In this document: piece after piece, positions 1 through 12,892 of the stretch | Position numbering within the stretch: position 1 is the first letter of the stretch | Layout of the letters: each line of letters begins with the position of its first letter | Source: Chiloscyllium plagiosum | Lineage: Eukaryota | Assembly: GCF_004010195.1 (NCBI RefSeq) | Contig: NC_057759.1 | Location: 7,653,910 to 7,715,909 of the forward strand | Length of the DNA stretch: 62,000 bases | Direction of reading: 5' to 3' | The notes under the pieces: model-generated | Seen by the model: only the letters and a program-made list of their open reading frames with translations | Database searches by the model: none | Told to the model about the DNA's origin: nothing | Position numbers and translations under genes: made by a program

Positions 1-3000
1 CATCACGTTATTATCTTCCATCACATTACCTGCCAACTTCCTACGCTTCAGTGAAAAATGTCCCAGCCTATTGAACCTTTCTATCAGTCTCAAAACTTCC
101 ATACTGGGCAACATTCTGGTTAATGACTTCTGAGTGCTCTCAGTTTAATAAAATGTTCTGTAAAACTAGGCGACCAGACATGAACACAGTATTCCAGAAA
201 AGGCCCCACTAACGTCTTGTATAAACGCCACACGATTTCCCAAATCCCATACACAAAGGACTGAACAATGAAACCAAGTGTGCCAAGTGCATTTTAACCA
301 CCCTGTGTATGCATGATGCAAAATTCAAATAATTATGTATCTGCTAGTTCCTGCTGTTCTACAACACTACCCAATGCTCTTAAATTTATTGTATCAGCCC
401 AATTCTTGCTTGTTGAACCAAAATGCAAAAACTCGCATTTAACCAGTTTGTACTTCATCTGGCATTGTATTCAGCCTTTGGACCCAATTGAGGAAGACAC
501 CTTTTTACACTATGTCAACCATGTGATTAAGTTTGGTGTCGTCCACAAACTTACTAACTGTGCCTTCTATATTCTCATCCAAACTAGTTTTTTTTTAAAA
601 TTTCCAGCAGAAAAAATCCCAGAAACAATACCAGCAGAGAACCGCTGATGACTGGTTTCCAGTCTGAAAAGCAATTGTCCACCACCACTCTTTGTCTCCG
701 ACCGTCAGACCAATAAGGTATCCAATTAGGAGGCGCACTCTGAATACCATGTGGCCTAACTTTGCTAATTCGTCGAAGGCTTCATTAAAATCCAAACAAA
801 CATCCTCTACTGATCTGCCATCAACAATCGTTTTGCTAAATTTCTCAGAAAGCTCAATCAAGTTTGCCAAACACGATCTTCCTCGCACAAAAACATACTG
901 ACAATCCCGAATCAATACTTACCTGGTTAAAAGTCCACAAATCCATTTTTTAATAATTACATCCAACAATTCACCCATAACTGAAGTCAGACTCATAGAC
1001 TTGCAGTTCTCTGGGTTCTCCTGGCAACCTTTTTTTTCAGCAAGGGTTTAATATTAGCCATCGTCCAGTCGTCGGACCCCTCACCCTTAGTGATAAATGG
1101 CACAAATACTTCTGCAAGTTGTCTCGAAATTTTCTCTCTGACTTATGTGATGCACGAGATGAAGTCTGAGACATTTACCCATATTTATACTCTTTAAGAC
1201 CGCCTGAACTGCCTCTTCTGTAATGTTGAACTGTTTTTAAACATCAAAGTCGTTTGCTCTACCTTCTGTAAACTTCCTTTCGTTGTTCACAGTAAACTCT
1301 GACATGCAGTATTCGTTTTGTATCTCTCCTATCCCCTCGGGGTCAAAACAAGGACGGCCTCCTTGATCTTTAATAGATCCGATCTACTCTCTCCATAGTT
1401 ACCATCTAATTCTTTATGTACTTACAGAATCTCTTTGTCTTAAACTTAACGTTATCTGCCAATGCTAAATCATATCCCTTCTTTGCCTTCCTGATTTCTT
1501 TCTTAAGATTAGCCCTCACTCTTAACACTGATTAAGAGCCTCAGTTGAACCAAGTTGTTTTTATCTAAACTAAGATTCGCTTTTATTCTTAACTAGAATA
1601 TCTTTATTCAATATCTCAATATCTTTATTCGTTCACTATTCCTTAATTTCACGAGACTTTTCCTTCGCTCTAACGGAAACGTCACACTTCTGAACGCTCG
1701 GCGTCAGTCTTTAAAGCCTCCCACTTGTCAGATGTCCTATTTACATTTGAACACTCTCCTCATCGCAAAACTTTAAAATTTGCTTACTGAAACCAAACAA
1801 AGCATTCTTTGGAACTCTGCAACCGTTTCCATAATCATTTTGAAACTCACGGAATTGTGATTGCAAGACCCAAAATATTCCCCTACTTTTACTTCAGTCA
1901 CGTGCCCTACTTTATTACCCAAAATGGGCAGCACCATGGCTCAGGGGTTAGAACTGCCGCCTCACAGTGCCAGAGACCCGGGTTAGATTCCCACTTTGGG
2001 CAACTATCTGTGTGGAGTTTGCACATTCCTCCTGTGTCTGCGTGGGTTTCCTCCTACAAACCAAAGATGAGCAGGTCAGGTGAATTGACCTTGCTAAATT
2101 GCCCATAGTGTTATGTGCATTAATCAAGGGTAAATATCCTACTGGGGACTGGTCTTCGAATGGACAGTGTGGACTTATTGGGCCAAAGGGCCTGTTTCCA
2201 TACTGTGGGGAAACTAATCTAATATGAGGTCTCCTCCTATTCCTTCTTTGGTTGAAGCATCCACATATTGAAATGAATAGTTTTTGAACTCTTTTGACAA
2301 TTTCTTGAACATCCACACTTTTAATACGACGTAGCCATAGTCAAAGTTTGGAGAAAGAAAATGACCTCTTATTATAACCATTATACGTTTACATATATAA
2401 GACTATAAGACTGTAAGACACAGGCGCAGACATGAGGACGTTTAACCCATCGATTTTGCTCTGCCATTCAATCGTGTCTGGTCAGTTTCACAAACTCGTT
2501 CTCCTGAATTCTCCCCGTAACCCTTTATCCTTTGATAATCAAGCTATCACAGCTCCTCCTGCAAATTTATTTTTCAACATCCACGTACTGTAGGGGGGCC
2601 TAAAACATATTCAAATCAACGTGATTTTTCCATTTTCAGTTCTGATTTCTACCCGTATATTTTCACTGAGCATTTGTTTTGAGAAATGTATTTTCTAGTT
2701 CCAGCATCCTTAATCAAAAACTGCTATCTCCCCATTTCCTGCCTCGTTTTCAATCCTTCCCATAGCATTTAAAACCCAAACATTGAGCTGCCAGTCCTGC
2801 CTATCTCTCAGCCAAGTTCCTGCAATAGCTATTACGTCCCAGTCCCATGTTATTTAAAAATGCCATGATTTAATCAGACTTACCTCCAAACCCCTTTGTA
2901 TCATAATAAATGCAATTTAGTTCTTCAGAGTTATCAGATACTCTGACTCCCTCTTCTATTTATTCTCTAATTGACGTGCTCTCTTCACTTTCAAGGCTTT

Positions 3001-3900
3001 CCCCATCAACCTTTCTATTTACATCACACCTGGAATTCCTCCATTCCTGCTCGCTATCTGTACAAAGTGTCCCTTAACGAAGCAAACAAATTTCCCTGCT
3101 AAGAACTCGGTCCTTTACATTTCAGGTTTGATCAAACAATTTCAAAGATCTTTTTCTAGACCAAAACACATTCAAATTGTCCAAAAACCAGAATCCTTGC
3201 ACAATACAACAGTTTTTCAGCCATTCATTTATTTCCTTTATCCATTTGGTTCTTTCCCTTGTTTGAGTTCAGTACTGTGAGTAAAATAGAGATCATTTCT
3301 TTTCAGATTTGATTTTTAATCTGCTACCTAATCTCTTAAATTCATTCTGCACTGCTTTTGTGTGTTCCCTAAAAATGTCATTCCTAACAATGTGTACAGT
3401 AATTTCTGGTTCCTCAATGCCACGTTTAAACATTTGCATGAAATGTAGTAGAGACGTCCTTCATCCCAGCACAAGGAAAGCAACAAATCATCCTAAATTT
3501 ATATTCACTGCCACAGAATCTACTGTCTTTCCCCCGACAAAACTATACCCATAACAATAATTGTATCAAATCTTGTCAAACGCTGCCTAACATAGGAATG
3601 ACTCCAAATAAACAATAACTGACTATCCCGTCTATTTTTCACAGTAAAAATCTATTCATTTAACATTCAACAAAGACTAAATACATGTTACATAAAGCAA
3701 TAGCCATCGGAGGACTCTGAAGTATTTCTTAGCTTTTCAGAAAATCACCTATCTATCTAACTGATGCTTTGTAAAAACTTTTTTAAAATCAACTATCCAC
3801 GTCACTCCATGATTTATATGTGCCCTTAATAATATTAAGTCAGAAAAAAACATTCAATAACTCCTGATAGATTAAATAAACTACATTTTGATATCTACAG
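1..3900 (-). mobile_element. Decayed CR1 LINE fragments (RT, endonuclease and ORF1 remnants)
   Basis: Translates FVRGRSCLANLIELSEK...DVCLDFNEAFD (CR1 RT) at 595-915, with further EN and ORF1 similarity to the 32497-36120 copy. Interrupted by a SINE. Confidence 0.75.
1926..2223 (+). mobile_element. HE1-like tRNA-derived SINE
   Basis: A box TGGCTCAGGGG, B-box-like GGTTAGATTCC, core GTGTGGAGTTTGCACATTC, (CTAAT)n tail. Confidence 0.85.
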
Positions 3901-4249
3901 AAAATAATGCTAAAACGAAAAAAATATATATACAATATACAACATTTAAAGTAAAGTCAGAAACATAGCTGATTAACTAAAATACAAAAGACACCTCTTC
4001 AATTAATTCCCTGAAAGAAATTTCTCTACATCGTCAACCGTGACTGTTCGAATTGTGAACAGAACTCCTTATTTTTAAAAGAGGGCTTTTCAAAAAAAAA
4101 AATTTTGCAATGCAAAAACTCCCTTTAAAATCGACGTAGACTTTTTCCAACTTGTAAACGGAATTTTTAAAAAAATACTTAGTCGTTCACTGTAGACTCT
4201 GATCTTTTAAAGAACAAGTCCGATTGGAAAAAAAAGACATTCACGCAAT

Positions 4250-7200
4250 TTCGTTCTTTTTAATGTTAAACAAACGAATTGTTTAAAAATGTTCCATTAA
4301 TGACGTATGATAACTGCAATAACTGCAATGAAACAATAATAAATCTTTAACTGAACCTGTAGTCCCAGGAATAGATGCAAAGTTCACGCTGCTTCTTGAA
4401 TAACGTGGAGACACGGGTGATAACGGTGGAATGGGATGCAAATAAGAATTTTTAGCTTCGTTGACTTTGTGATATTCCATACATAGTTTTTGGATACTAT
4501 CTGTTTTTGGCACGATTTCTATGGGTGAACTTCAGTCGCTCAATACACTTTACTCACATTTCCCATGGGCATGCATTTCTGAAACTGTTGCCAAATTTAG
4601 AGGGTCAATTCTACACAGATTTTAAATAAATGGTGCAGCATTTCCTGCATCGATATCATGCATATTTAGATTAGCACTTCATAGTTTCTCCATACGCATC
4701 TCTCCACATGTGATTGTAATAAGTCTTTGAGTTCATTTCTATTTGTTTCTGGAATGTTTTAACGAATTTACCCAAAGTTTTGAGAACATCCTTATTGTCC
4801 AATTTAAATTGATGAATTTCCAGTTCAGAATCATCTGCATTTGATTAATCACTGTTTGATTTAATCAATAAGCGAATCTTCTTTGCTTTCCTTTCCTATC
4901 AAAATACTTTTTGAGCACATTCACATGACACTCTCTGTGAGACTTATTTCCATCTGGCGCTCATGTCAAATAATTCTTTACTTTCGATTTAATAAGGCCT
5001 CCTGATTTGCATTTGAAGGTTCATGTGCCATTCGAAGCAAAAGTAGCACATTACCTCCACAAAGAAAATTGCGAGCTTTTTGTTTGCTTTTTGTTCCTTT
5101 TTTGACAAGATGTGCGCTACTTTTAAATGTTGTCTAGCCAAACAATCAAATCTATTTAATGTTTCCCTAAGGTCTGACACATCATCCAAATGTTTGGTCT
5201 CTGATCTCTGACTCATCAATTTCGCCTTAGTTCATTTCGGTGGTCCTCTCACATCGTGCTCCCAAAAAAAACTAATTCAAATGGACTGAATTTCGTTGAT
5301 ACATTAGGTGCTTCCCTAATCGCAAAAGTACAAATGAAATTCCTTTACCAAATCATCTGCGTAGTCTTGAATATATGTCCTCAACATAATTTTTAAAGTT
5401 TCATGCCACCATTCTAATGTTCCCTGCATTTCTGGATGGAATGCTGTGGATTCGAATTGTTTTATTCCTCAGCTAACCATAACTTCATTGAATAAATTTG
5501 ATCTGAAGTTTGACCCTTGATATGATTGCATCCCTGCAGGTAGTCCATATGCAAAACAAAAACAACTCTTCCACAATCATTTTGAACGTGATACTGCGTA
5601 ATGGAATGGCCTCTGGAAATCGAGTAGACACATCCATTATGGTCAACTCATTCTGAATCCCACTTTTTATTTTGAGTAGGTGTACTATGGAATCAATCAA
5701 GATTCTTCGTCAAATCGTGAAACGGATATTAAGGGTACTGATTTTATCACTGACTGCAGGTTTCAAGTTAACTGACACATATATGTCCCGTGAAATTCAA
5801 TCACATTCTTAAGCAGTCCAGGCCAATAAAAATCTTCCTTTTTTTTTACTTGAGTTTTCCATAATCTCAAATGACGTCTTAATGATAATTTATGTGTTAA
5901 CCACAGCAACTCATTTCCGTAACCCAGTGATAAAACAACTTGATGGACTTCTGCTCATTTCTCTTCCACCTGAATATGTGAGAGTCTCCATTTCCTCATC
6001 AAGATTTTAGTTTGAGGAAAGCAATATTCTGGAAACATTCAGATGCTTATTCTGTGTATAATGTTTGATACTGCCGTGTAGTTTTTAACCTTTGCATTAC
6101 CATTCAGCTAATTTCTCTGTACCTGAAGCATTCACTTTGTCCCCCACTTGTTCTTACGTTGTACCAATCATTTGATCAAATGTATTCTCTGATAATTGAT
6201 CTTCAACATTCTGATCTTTATTCATTGATTTCTCCTCCTCCTTCAACCTGTGGCTTTGTGACATTGTTACACAGAAAAGGTAAAATCCCAGGGCATATTT
6301 CCTATGACACTGCAGTTGCCCGATTTTCCACTGGTCTTTCAACCACAAGAGGCATCACTCCTTCCGGTGATCCAGTTATATCATTTCTAAGAGAAACTGC
6401 ATGCGTGAAATAGAGAATTTTTCTGCCAACACTTCACCCCTTTTCATACGACATCCTAATCAACGTTATATAAAGGAGGACTTCTCGTCACACCCTGAAT
6501 TCCACATACTACCATTTTTCCTGCACATTCACCTTCTGAATTTCATTTCATCAAATCTCGCACCATCAAAGAGTGCCATGATCACGTGTCTCTCAAATAT
6601 ATTAATAGTTTTCCCTGCTTCTCCTGGCATACATGTGTAAGCATTAGCATCGCAAATAAGTTTGTAAAGGAGAGTCTTCTCGAAGAACTTTCAATCAGGC
6701 TGAATATTCCCCTGAAAATGTTTAGCTTCCACTGCTTTCTTTTACCACTTCAACAAATTTCACTTGCTTGCCCTCTTCTCCCATATGCGTCTTCCCACGC
6801 TGTTGCTAAACCACTAGCACTGTGATTTCATGTGACCCACATTGTTCTAGTGAAAATACCTAAGCTTTGTTTACTCCTCTTTCACCCGCATGCGATTCCT
6901 TCTTACCCTGTGGTTAACTATCTTTATAAAATTCAACAAGATCTACTTTTCCCTCGCCACATGAAGATTTTTCTTTTCCTCAATTTTTATCCCTCACAGA
7001 TTGAAATTGTTGTCTTAAGCCAGAACTTAATTCATGAGCCAGCTCATATTCATCCGTTATTTCCGCTGCTGCAATGTCCATCCACGCTCACCCAAATTGC
7101 TTCGTCTATATCTTTCTACATCTTTCCAGAGATATTTGTTCAAATGACTTTTGAATGTTCCTAATGTAGCCGTCTCAACCACGCCCATGGGCAGCAAATT

Positions 7201-7260
7201 CCCTATGCATACTACCCTCTTTTGCCACTCGTGTTACTTTTGTAATTTTCCCATTAGCCT
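4250..7260 (-). mobile_element. Decayed gypsy (Gmr1-like) LTR retrotransposon internal region
   Basis: On minus: gag-like sequence (~7260-6800), integrase (IMDVSTRFPEAIPLRSITFKMIVEEL, 5485-5700), then an RT remnant (~4300-4750). Many stops; no LTRs recognised. Confidence 0.75.
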
Positions 7261-7476
7261 TAAAACAATGCCTCTAGACTGCGATTCTCCAAACTTGGCG
7301 AAAAGACTGAGTGCATTCATTCTATTCATGCCTCTCATGTTTTAATGCTCCTCTATAAGATCACACTAGTCTCCTATGCTCCAAAGAAAAACGTCAGATT
7401 TTGTCCAACCTCATCCTATAACTCAGACCATTAAATACTGGTAACATCCTTGTACATTTCTTCTGCTCTTTCCGGT

Positions 7477-7772
7477 TTAGATTAGATTAGATTTCCTAAC
7501 GTATGGAAACAGGCCCTTCGGAGCAACAAGTCCACACTGACCCTTCGAAAAGCAACCCACCCAGACCCATTCCCCAACATTTACCCCTGACTAATGTACC
7601 TAACATTATGGGCATTTTAGCATGGGCAATTCACTTAACCCGTACATCTTTGGATTGTGGGAGGATACCGGACCACCCAGAGGAAACCCATACAGATACG
7701 GGGAGAATGTGCAAACTCCACACAGACAGTCTCCCGAGGTGGGAGTTGAACCCGGGTCGATGGTGCTGTGAG
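7477..7772 (-). mobile_element. HE1-like SINE (5' truncated)
   Basis: Reverse complement of the SINE body, with a (TAATC)n tail. Confidence 0.85.
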
Positions 7773-8720
7773 TAAAACCCCAATAACGTCACCGTCCCCT
7801 TCTTATTTTTTAGCTCCACTGACAAAACGTCACTAGATGAACCTTCAGGAACTTCATCCCTGATGACTGCTGTGGTGCTCACCTTTATCCGATTTCAACT
7901 TACGCCTCCCCTCATTTTTCCACCTCTGTCACACCTAAAGCACCTGTAACCAGGCATATTGAGTTGTCAATCCTGTCCCTCCCTTAGCAATGTTTCTGCA
8001 ATGGCTATAGTATGCTGGTACCACGTACGTATTCACTCACTACGTTCATCAACATTGCCTTTCTTGGTCTGCACCAACATGACGGTTCAATATTAACGAA
8101 ATAACGAGTTTGGAGTTTGGAAAGAAATTTTCTGTGGAAGTATTGTCACCCCAGAGATGTTGTTGTTGTTTGGGGAGATGTCAGACAGAGCGGGTTGGGA
8201 GCAAAATATCACAGTCTTGTTTGAGTTGTCAGAACAAATGGTTTATTTTGGGAGATGTCCTCTGATTTGGATCGATTGGAGGCGTGGCCTTCGGCCCGAA
8301 ACTACTCATTCGATGCCGCCTGATCGGCTGTGCTTTTCTAGCACCACACATATTCTGTTGAAATTGAAGCTTTATCAGTGGGAGAAAACAAAGTCACGAG
8401 GACGATTTGAAAAGGGCAATTCTGAATCTATGCAATATGGCTTCAGCTGTCAGATATATTTCTCTGGAGCGATTTCATTGGAGCTTTCGTTCTAGACACC
8501 CAGATGTTTGCTTGTTTGGTACCACGCTATTTTCATCAGGTTAAAATATTCAGCTCCAATTTGATTGTTCAAGTTACTGTAACTAATATCTGCAAACTAT
8601 GACTATGTCACTAGAGAATAAGCCGTTGCTTTAAATCAGTATCCTTTGTAAACTTTCAGCTCACATCGACTGCTGGATACGTGATTGCCACATAGATAAC
8701 TGTAATTGGTTCTCACAACG

Positions 8721-8790
8721 ATGGAACACCCAGCAATTGTCCAAATCGAACGAATTTACTATCCTGTGCTGGCAGTGTTTGGGATAATTG
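8721..8790 (+). CDS. GPR139/GPR142-like class A GPCR, coding exon 1 (MEHPAIVQIERIYYPVLAVFGII+G, first half of TM1)
   Basis: ATG at 8721, 23 codons plus 1 nt, then donor G|GTGAGC at 8791. The phase-1 junction joins in frame to the exon at 11830 and completes TM1 (YYPVLAVFGIIVNVLAIVVL). Confidence 0.85.
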
Positions 8791-11700
8791 GTGAGCTGTG
8801 ATCTCAATTGTCACTCTTCCAAACGTGTTGTAATTGTGTGGCTGAAAGGGAAAAAATGTCCTTCTTGATCCGATTGCTTCTTAACTTTGGTTAATGATGG
8901 AACGTTATACGTTCTTTCATCAAAAAATATTATTCTTGCTTTTCTGGGCAAAGATGTGCTGAGTGTAATATATGTGATATTATTATGTCCTTGGTAACAT
9001 TGTGATTGTAGTCCTTAAATTGATCCATGTAACGAAACATCTAGTATATTTTTTTTCTGTGCAATGATTCGGTTTTAGAGCTTTAATTCTCAAAAATCTA
9101 TTTTGATGCAGTGATAGTTCTGACTGACATGAAGCACCGACGTCAATCCTCACCAATGACTCATTCATTTTGTTCATTGTGTCATTCCTTTTATACGTTT
9201 CTACTGATGAAAATTATACGTTTCGTTTCATATCTAAATGAATCTAATCGATCTGGCGTCTGGCTATTGAACCTTTCACGTCTCTTTGTTTCTTCAATGA
9301 GGAATCATTCACTGACATTGGCCTTTACACCAAATCGAATGAGATATTGAGACAGTTTAAAATGTATCAGTTCGAGCAGGTTGCTTTCCATCTATTTGCA
9401 TCTGTGCAAGTAGTTGTGATAAAGATGGTGTTTTACTAATTTAGAGATCCCACGAACTATCCTTTAGACTTCACAGTTGCTCTTCTTTTCTCACCTCACC
9501 GGACTGAGAGAGGTAAACTCCGAATTTACAACACATTAAGCAGATCAATAACCTTAAAGCAGAAAGTGAAGCTTGAGTTCAAAAGTCTGCATTTAGGATC
9601 CTGCCTCCACAGTAACTAACTCCCAATTTTTCGAATTCTGTTGCACAATGGAGTGCAAAAGTTCAGTCATCAAAAAGTACGGATATTGTTGCTTTCTATG
9701 TACAAATGATGATGTGATATCGTAGGAACATGACAACGTATGACCAGCGATTATCTACAATGGGGGGAAACGTTCGATGCGTTGACTGACTTATTCTTGC
9801 TTCCATGTTGCTTTCACTTACTCAGGCAAACGACTGGAGTCCTGATGTCTTCAGCCCAGGTTGTATGTATAATAGTTAATATTGAGTTGAGCCCTTCCTA
9901 AACGTAATTGGATAGAGAATCTTTTTGCCATAAGGAAGGAATCTGTGCTACCAGATTACGCAAATGTTGCAGGAACGGATCACCAACATGTTTGTTTCGA
10001 ATCATGAGTTTTGAAAAATACTTTATCCTGATCTTATTCGGAAGAGTGTTCGAATCTCCATTATCTCTGACAATGGAAGATTTCTTTTTATGCAACTGTC
10101 CGCTTCAAGTTGTGGCTTATTTGCCCAGCAACATTAAGGACTGATCACAGGAAAAGAAATGCTGATCTTTGTTTTATAATGATGTAAATATGACCAGGGA
10201 AGGCAGCTTCGGTCCTTGCACAAACATGAAGTAAAATAATGTAGGTTAACATGCCGTTATCAAACATGTTTGATTATGGCGATGACAATCTGATCTGTGC
10301 TCCTCCCTGACATACATTTAACATCTGGTTTAGCATAAGTGATGATGTCAGCAATACGGAGAACAAGCAGTAGTTAAATTGTTGGATTACACGCCGGTGC
10401 ATCATTTGGGGACCAATCGTATCTTCTGGATGCTGGCAATTGAAATTCGACATTTCCTTGATCCATTATATTTTGTCAGGAAATATGGAGCATTATATGA
10501 ATATAACGAATGCAAATACGAAGTGTGCTTAGTTGATTTGCTTGGGGGACAGCCAGATTGATGAATGCATTACTACATATTTTTGTTCAAATAATTTTAG
10601 TTTTTAATTACATAGTCTAAGAACCGTGTTCAGAAATCGTTGACTGGACACCATACTGTCAAAGAGCGCTGCTGAATTTCTTCATATTCTTCCCCTCACC
10701 ATGCTGTGGGGGCATATTTTTCATTAGAATTCTCAGTCTCCACTCTAGCAGTCAGGGCAATTGTGCCGATTAAATGCAGAATTCCATCCTGATAATGAAT
10801 TTAATCTGAGTCAATGTGTGGTGATGCACTGGCAGGGTTAAATAATGGACAAGAATACATGTTTAACGGAAGGACCATGAGAAGCACCGACGACGGTAGG
10901 ATCAGGACACCTGGATGAAGTGGTTAAGAGCCCCTGTGCATTTGTTGCCTTTATGACCGAAAACATGGAGTTTAAATGTAGATCACGCTGCCATTGTATA
11001 AAGCGCTGGTTCCGACGCAACTGATGCATGAAGTGAAGGTCTTCAATCCTAAATATAAGAGAGAAGTGACAGTAGAGGACGTAGGGGAGAGGAGGAAGTA
11101 AAGATTGCCCAAGATGCTGCCTGAGGTGGAAAGTTCCAATTACCAAAAGAAATTGGACAGACTGTCAGTGTTTTGTTAAACCAGAATAAATTGAGACAAG
11201 ATATGATTAGGATGTCTAATCTTATGAGGGTCATAAATAGGGCAGACTGGAAGAAACTAACCCCCTTGAGAGATGGCACATTGCCGATAGAACATAGATT
11301 GAGCGCAAGATAAAGCAAGATGCGAGATGAAACGTTTTTACTCAAAGGATGGTGGGAATCCAGAACGCTTGTTAAGGTGGTAGAAGTAGAACCATTCAAA
11401 ACATTTATGATATATAGAGATAGGCTTTTGTAATTTCACACCATGAAAGGTGATGAGACAAATTCTGAAAAGTCGGGTTAGAATAATGAGGTAGCTGTTT
11501 CTTCACAGGCACGCATATGAAAAGGAAGAAGGATTTTTTTTTCTGTACGTAGGACTGCATGACTCCATGAATATTAATTGTTGACCATATCCATTGGCAC
11601 ATTGCAAAGAGGAAACATTGTGTAACTTCCATAACTGGCATCTCTGCCAGTAATGCTGCTGATCACAGGAGATGTTGATGTTTTGCATATGGGGGGTAGT

Positions 11701-11829
11701 CAATTATCAGCTAGTAATAACAAAGAACTTCTTTGTCCAGATAACAAGTTTCTTTTAAAAACTTCTGGTGTTCCAACGATACTATCAGACAGAAATGTAT
11801 AACTTCTCTCTTTTCCACCTATTTTACAG

Positions 11830-12731
11830 TTAATGTTCTGGCGATTGTTGTTCTCTCCCGAGGAAAGTGTGGTCTTTCTGAGTGCATCAGACATTACCTA
11901 ATAGGAATGGCGGTGGCTGATCTCTTAGTTGTTATTTCTGAACCACTATTTTACAGAATTCCTCAGTATTACCTTCACGATACATTTCTCTTCATTACTC
12001 CTGCCTGCAGCTTTATTTATTATCTAATGTTCACATCAACAGTGATTTCCGTTTGGCTCACAGTTGGTTTCACATTTGATCGATTTATAGCCATTTGTTA
12101 TGAGAAGGTAAAACTAAAATACTGCACTGAAACAGTCGCTACTCTGGTGATCGGAACAGTGAGTTTGTTGAGCTGTTTGGTGTCTATCCCCTGGTACTTC
12201 AAACATGAACCTGCATATATTATTGATAATGTTCCATGGCAATGCATGACCAAACCTACCTTCTTCTCCTCCAAATCATGGGCCGTATTTGTCATTTTTT
12301 ACGTCTTCTTAACTCCCTGTGTGCCATTCCTTCTCATTTTGCCACTCAATCTTCTGACTGTGAGGCGCATCTTCTTGGTCAGTAAGCTTCGCCAAGCACT
12401 CCACGGTCACAACAAAGATCAGAATTACAAGGATACCGAGATGGACAAACGACGAAAATCCATTGTCCTGCTATTCAGCATATCTGGCAGTTTTGTGCTG
12501 TTATGGATGACACAAGTTGTTTTCTACATTTATCGGCAAGTAACGCAGAATAATTCGTATCCGCTAACAGACCCTCTTTATGTCACTGAATCCACAGCAA
12601 ATATGCTGCAGCTCCTCAGTCCCTGCACAAATTCTTGCATTTACACGGTGACACAGCGTAAATTCAGACAGGAGTTGAAGAACGTGGGAAAATACCCATT
12701 TTATTTACTCCTTAAATTAATTCAGTTGTAG
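11830..12731 (+). CDS. GPR139/GPR142-like class A GPCR, coding exon 2 (rest of TM1 to C-terminus; spliced protein 323 aa)
   Basis: Pyrimidine tract and TTTTACAG acceptor end at 11829. The frame is open upstream of the 274-aa ORF (VNVLAIVVLSRGKCGLSECIRHYLIG-MAVADLL). Motifs: TM2 MAVADLL, TM3 TFDRFIAIC (DRY-like), TM6 FVLLW, TM7 CTNSCIY, helix 8 KFRQEL. No stops or frameshifts. Confidence 0.92.
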
Positions 12732-12886
12732 AAAGTGTTGAATTCTTGTACGTTTTAGAACATAAAATATTTTCATTTTAAGAAAAGAAACGCCTACAAA
12801 TCCCCATGAAATGGACATTGCATTGTGTATCAATTGCACCGAATTATCTTCAGAAAGAACTGGATGTCCATTTGAATCCTGATGTA

Positions 12887-12892
12887 AATAAA
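12887..12892 (+). promoter_or_regulatory. Candidate poly(A) signal of the GPCR gene
   Basis: AATAAA about 155 nt after the TAG stop codon. Confidence 0.4.

Noticed and set aside
11907..12731. The 274-aa ORF as the complete GPCR
   Set aside because: It starts within TM2 and lacks TM1. An upstream acceptor and the exon at 8721 supply the real N-terminus.
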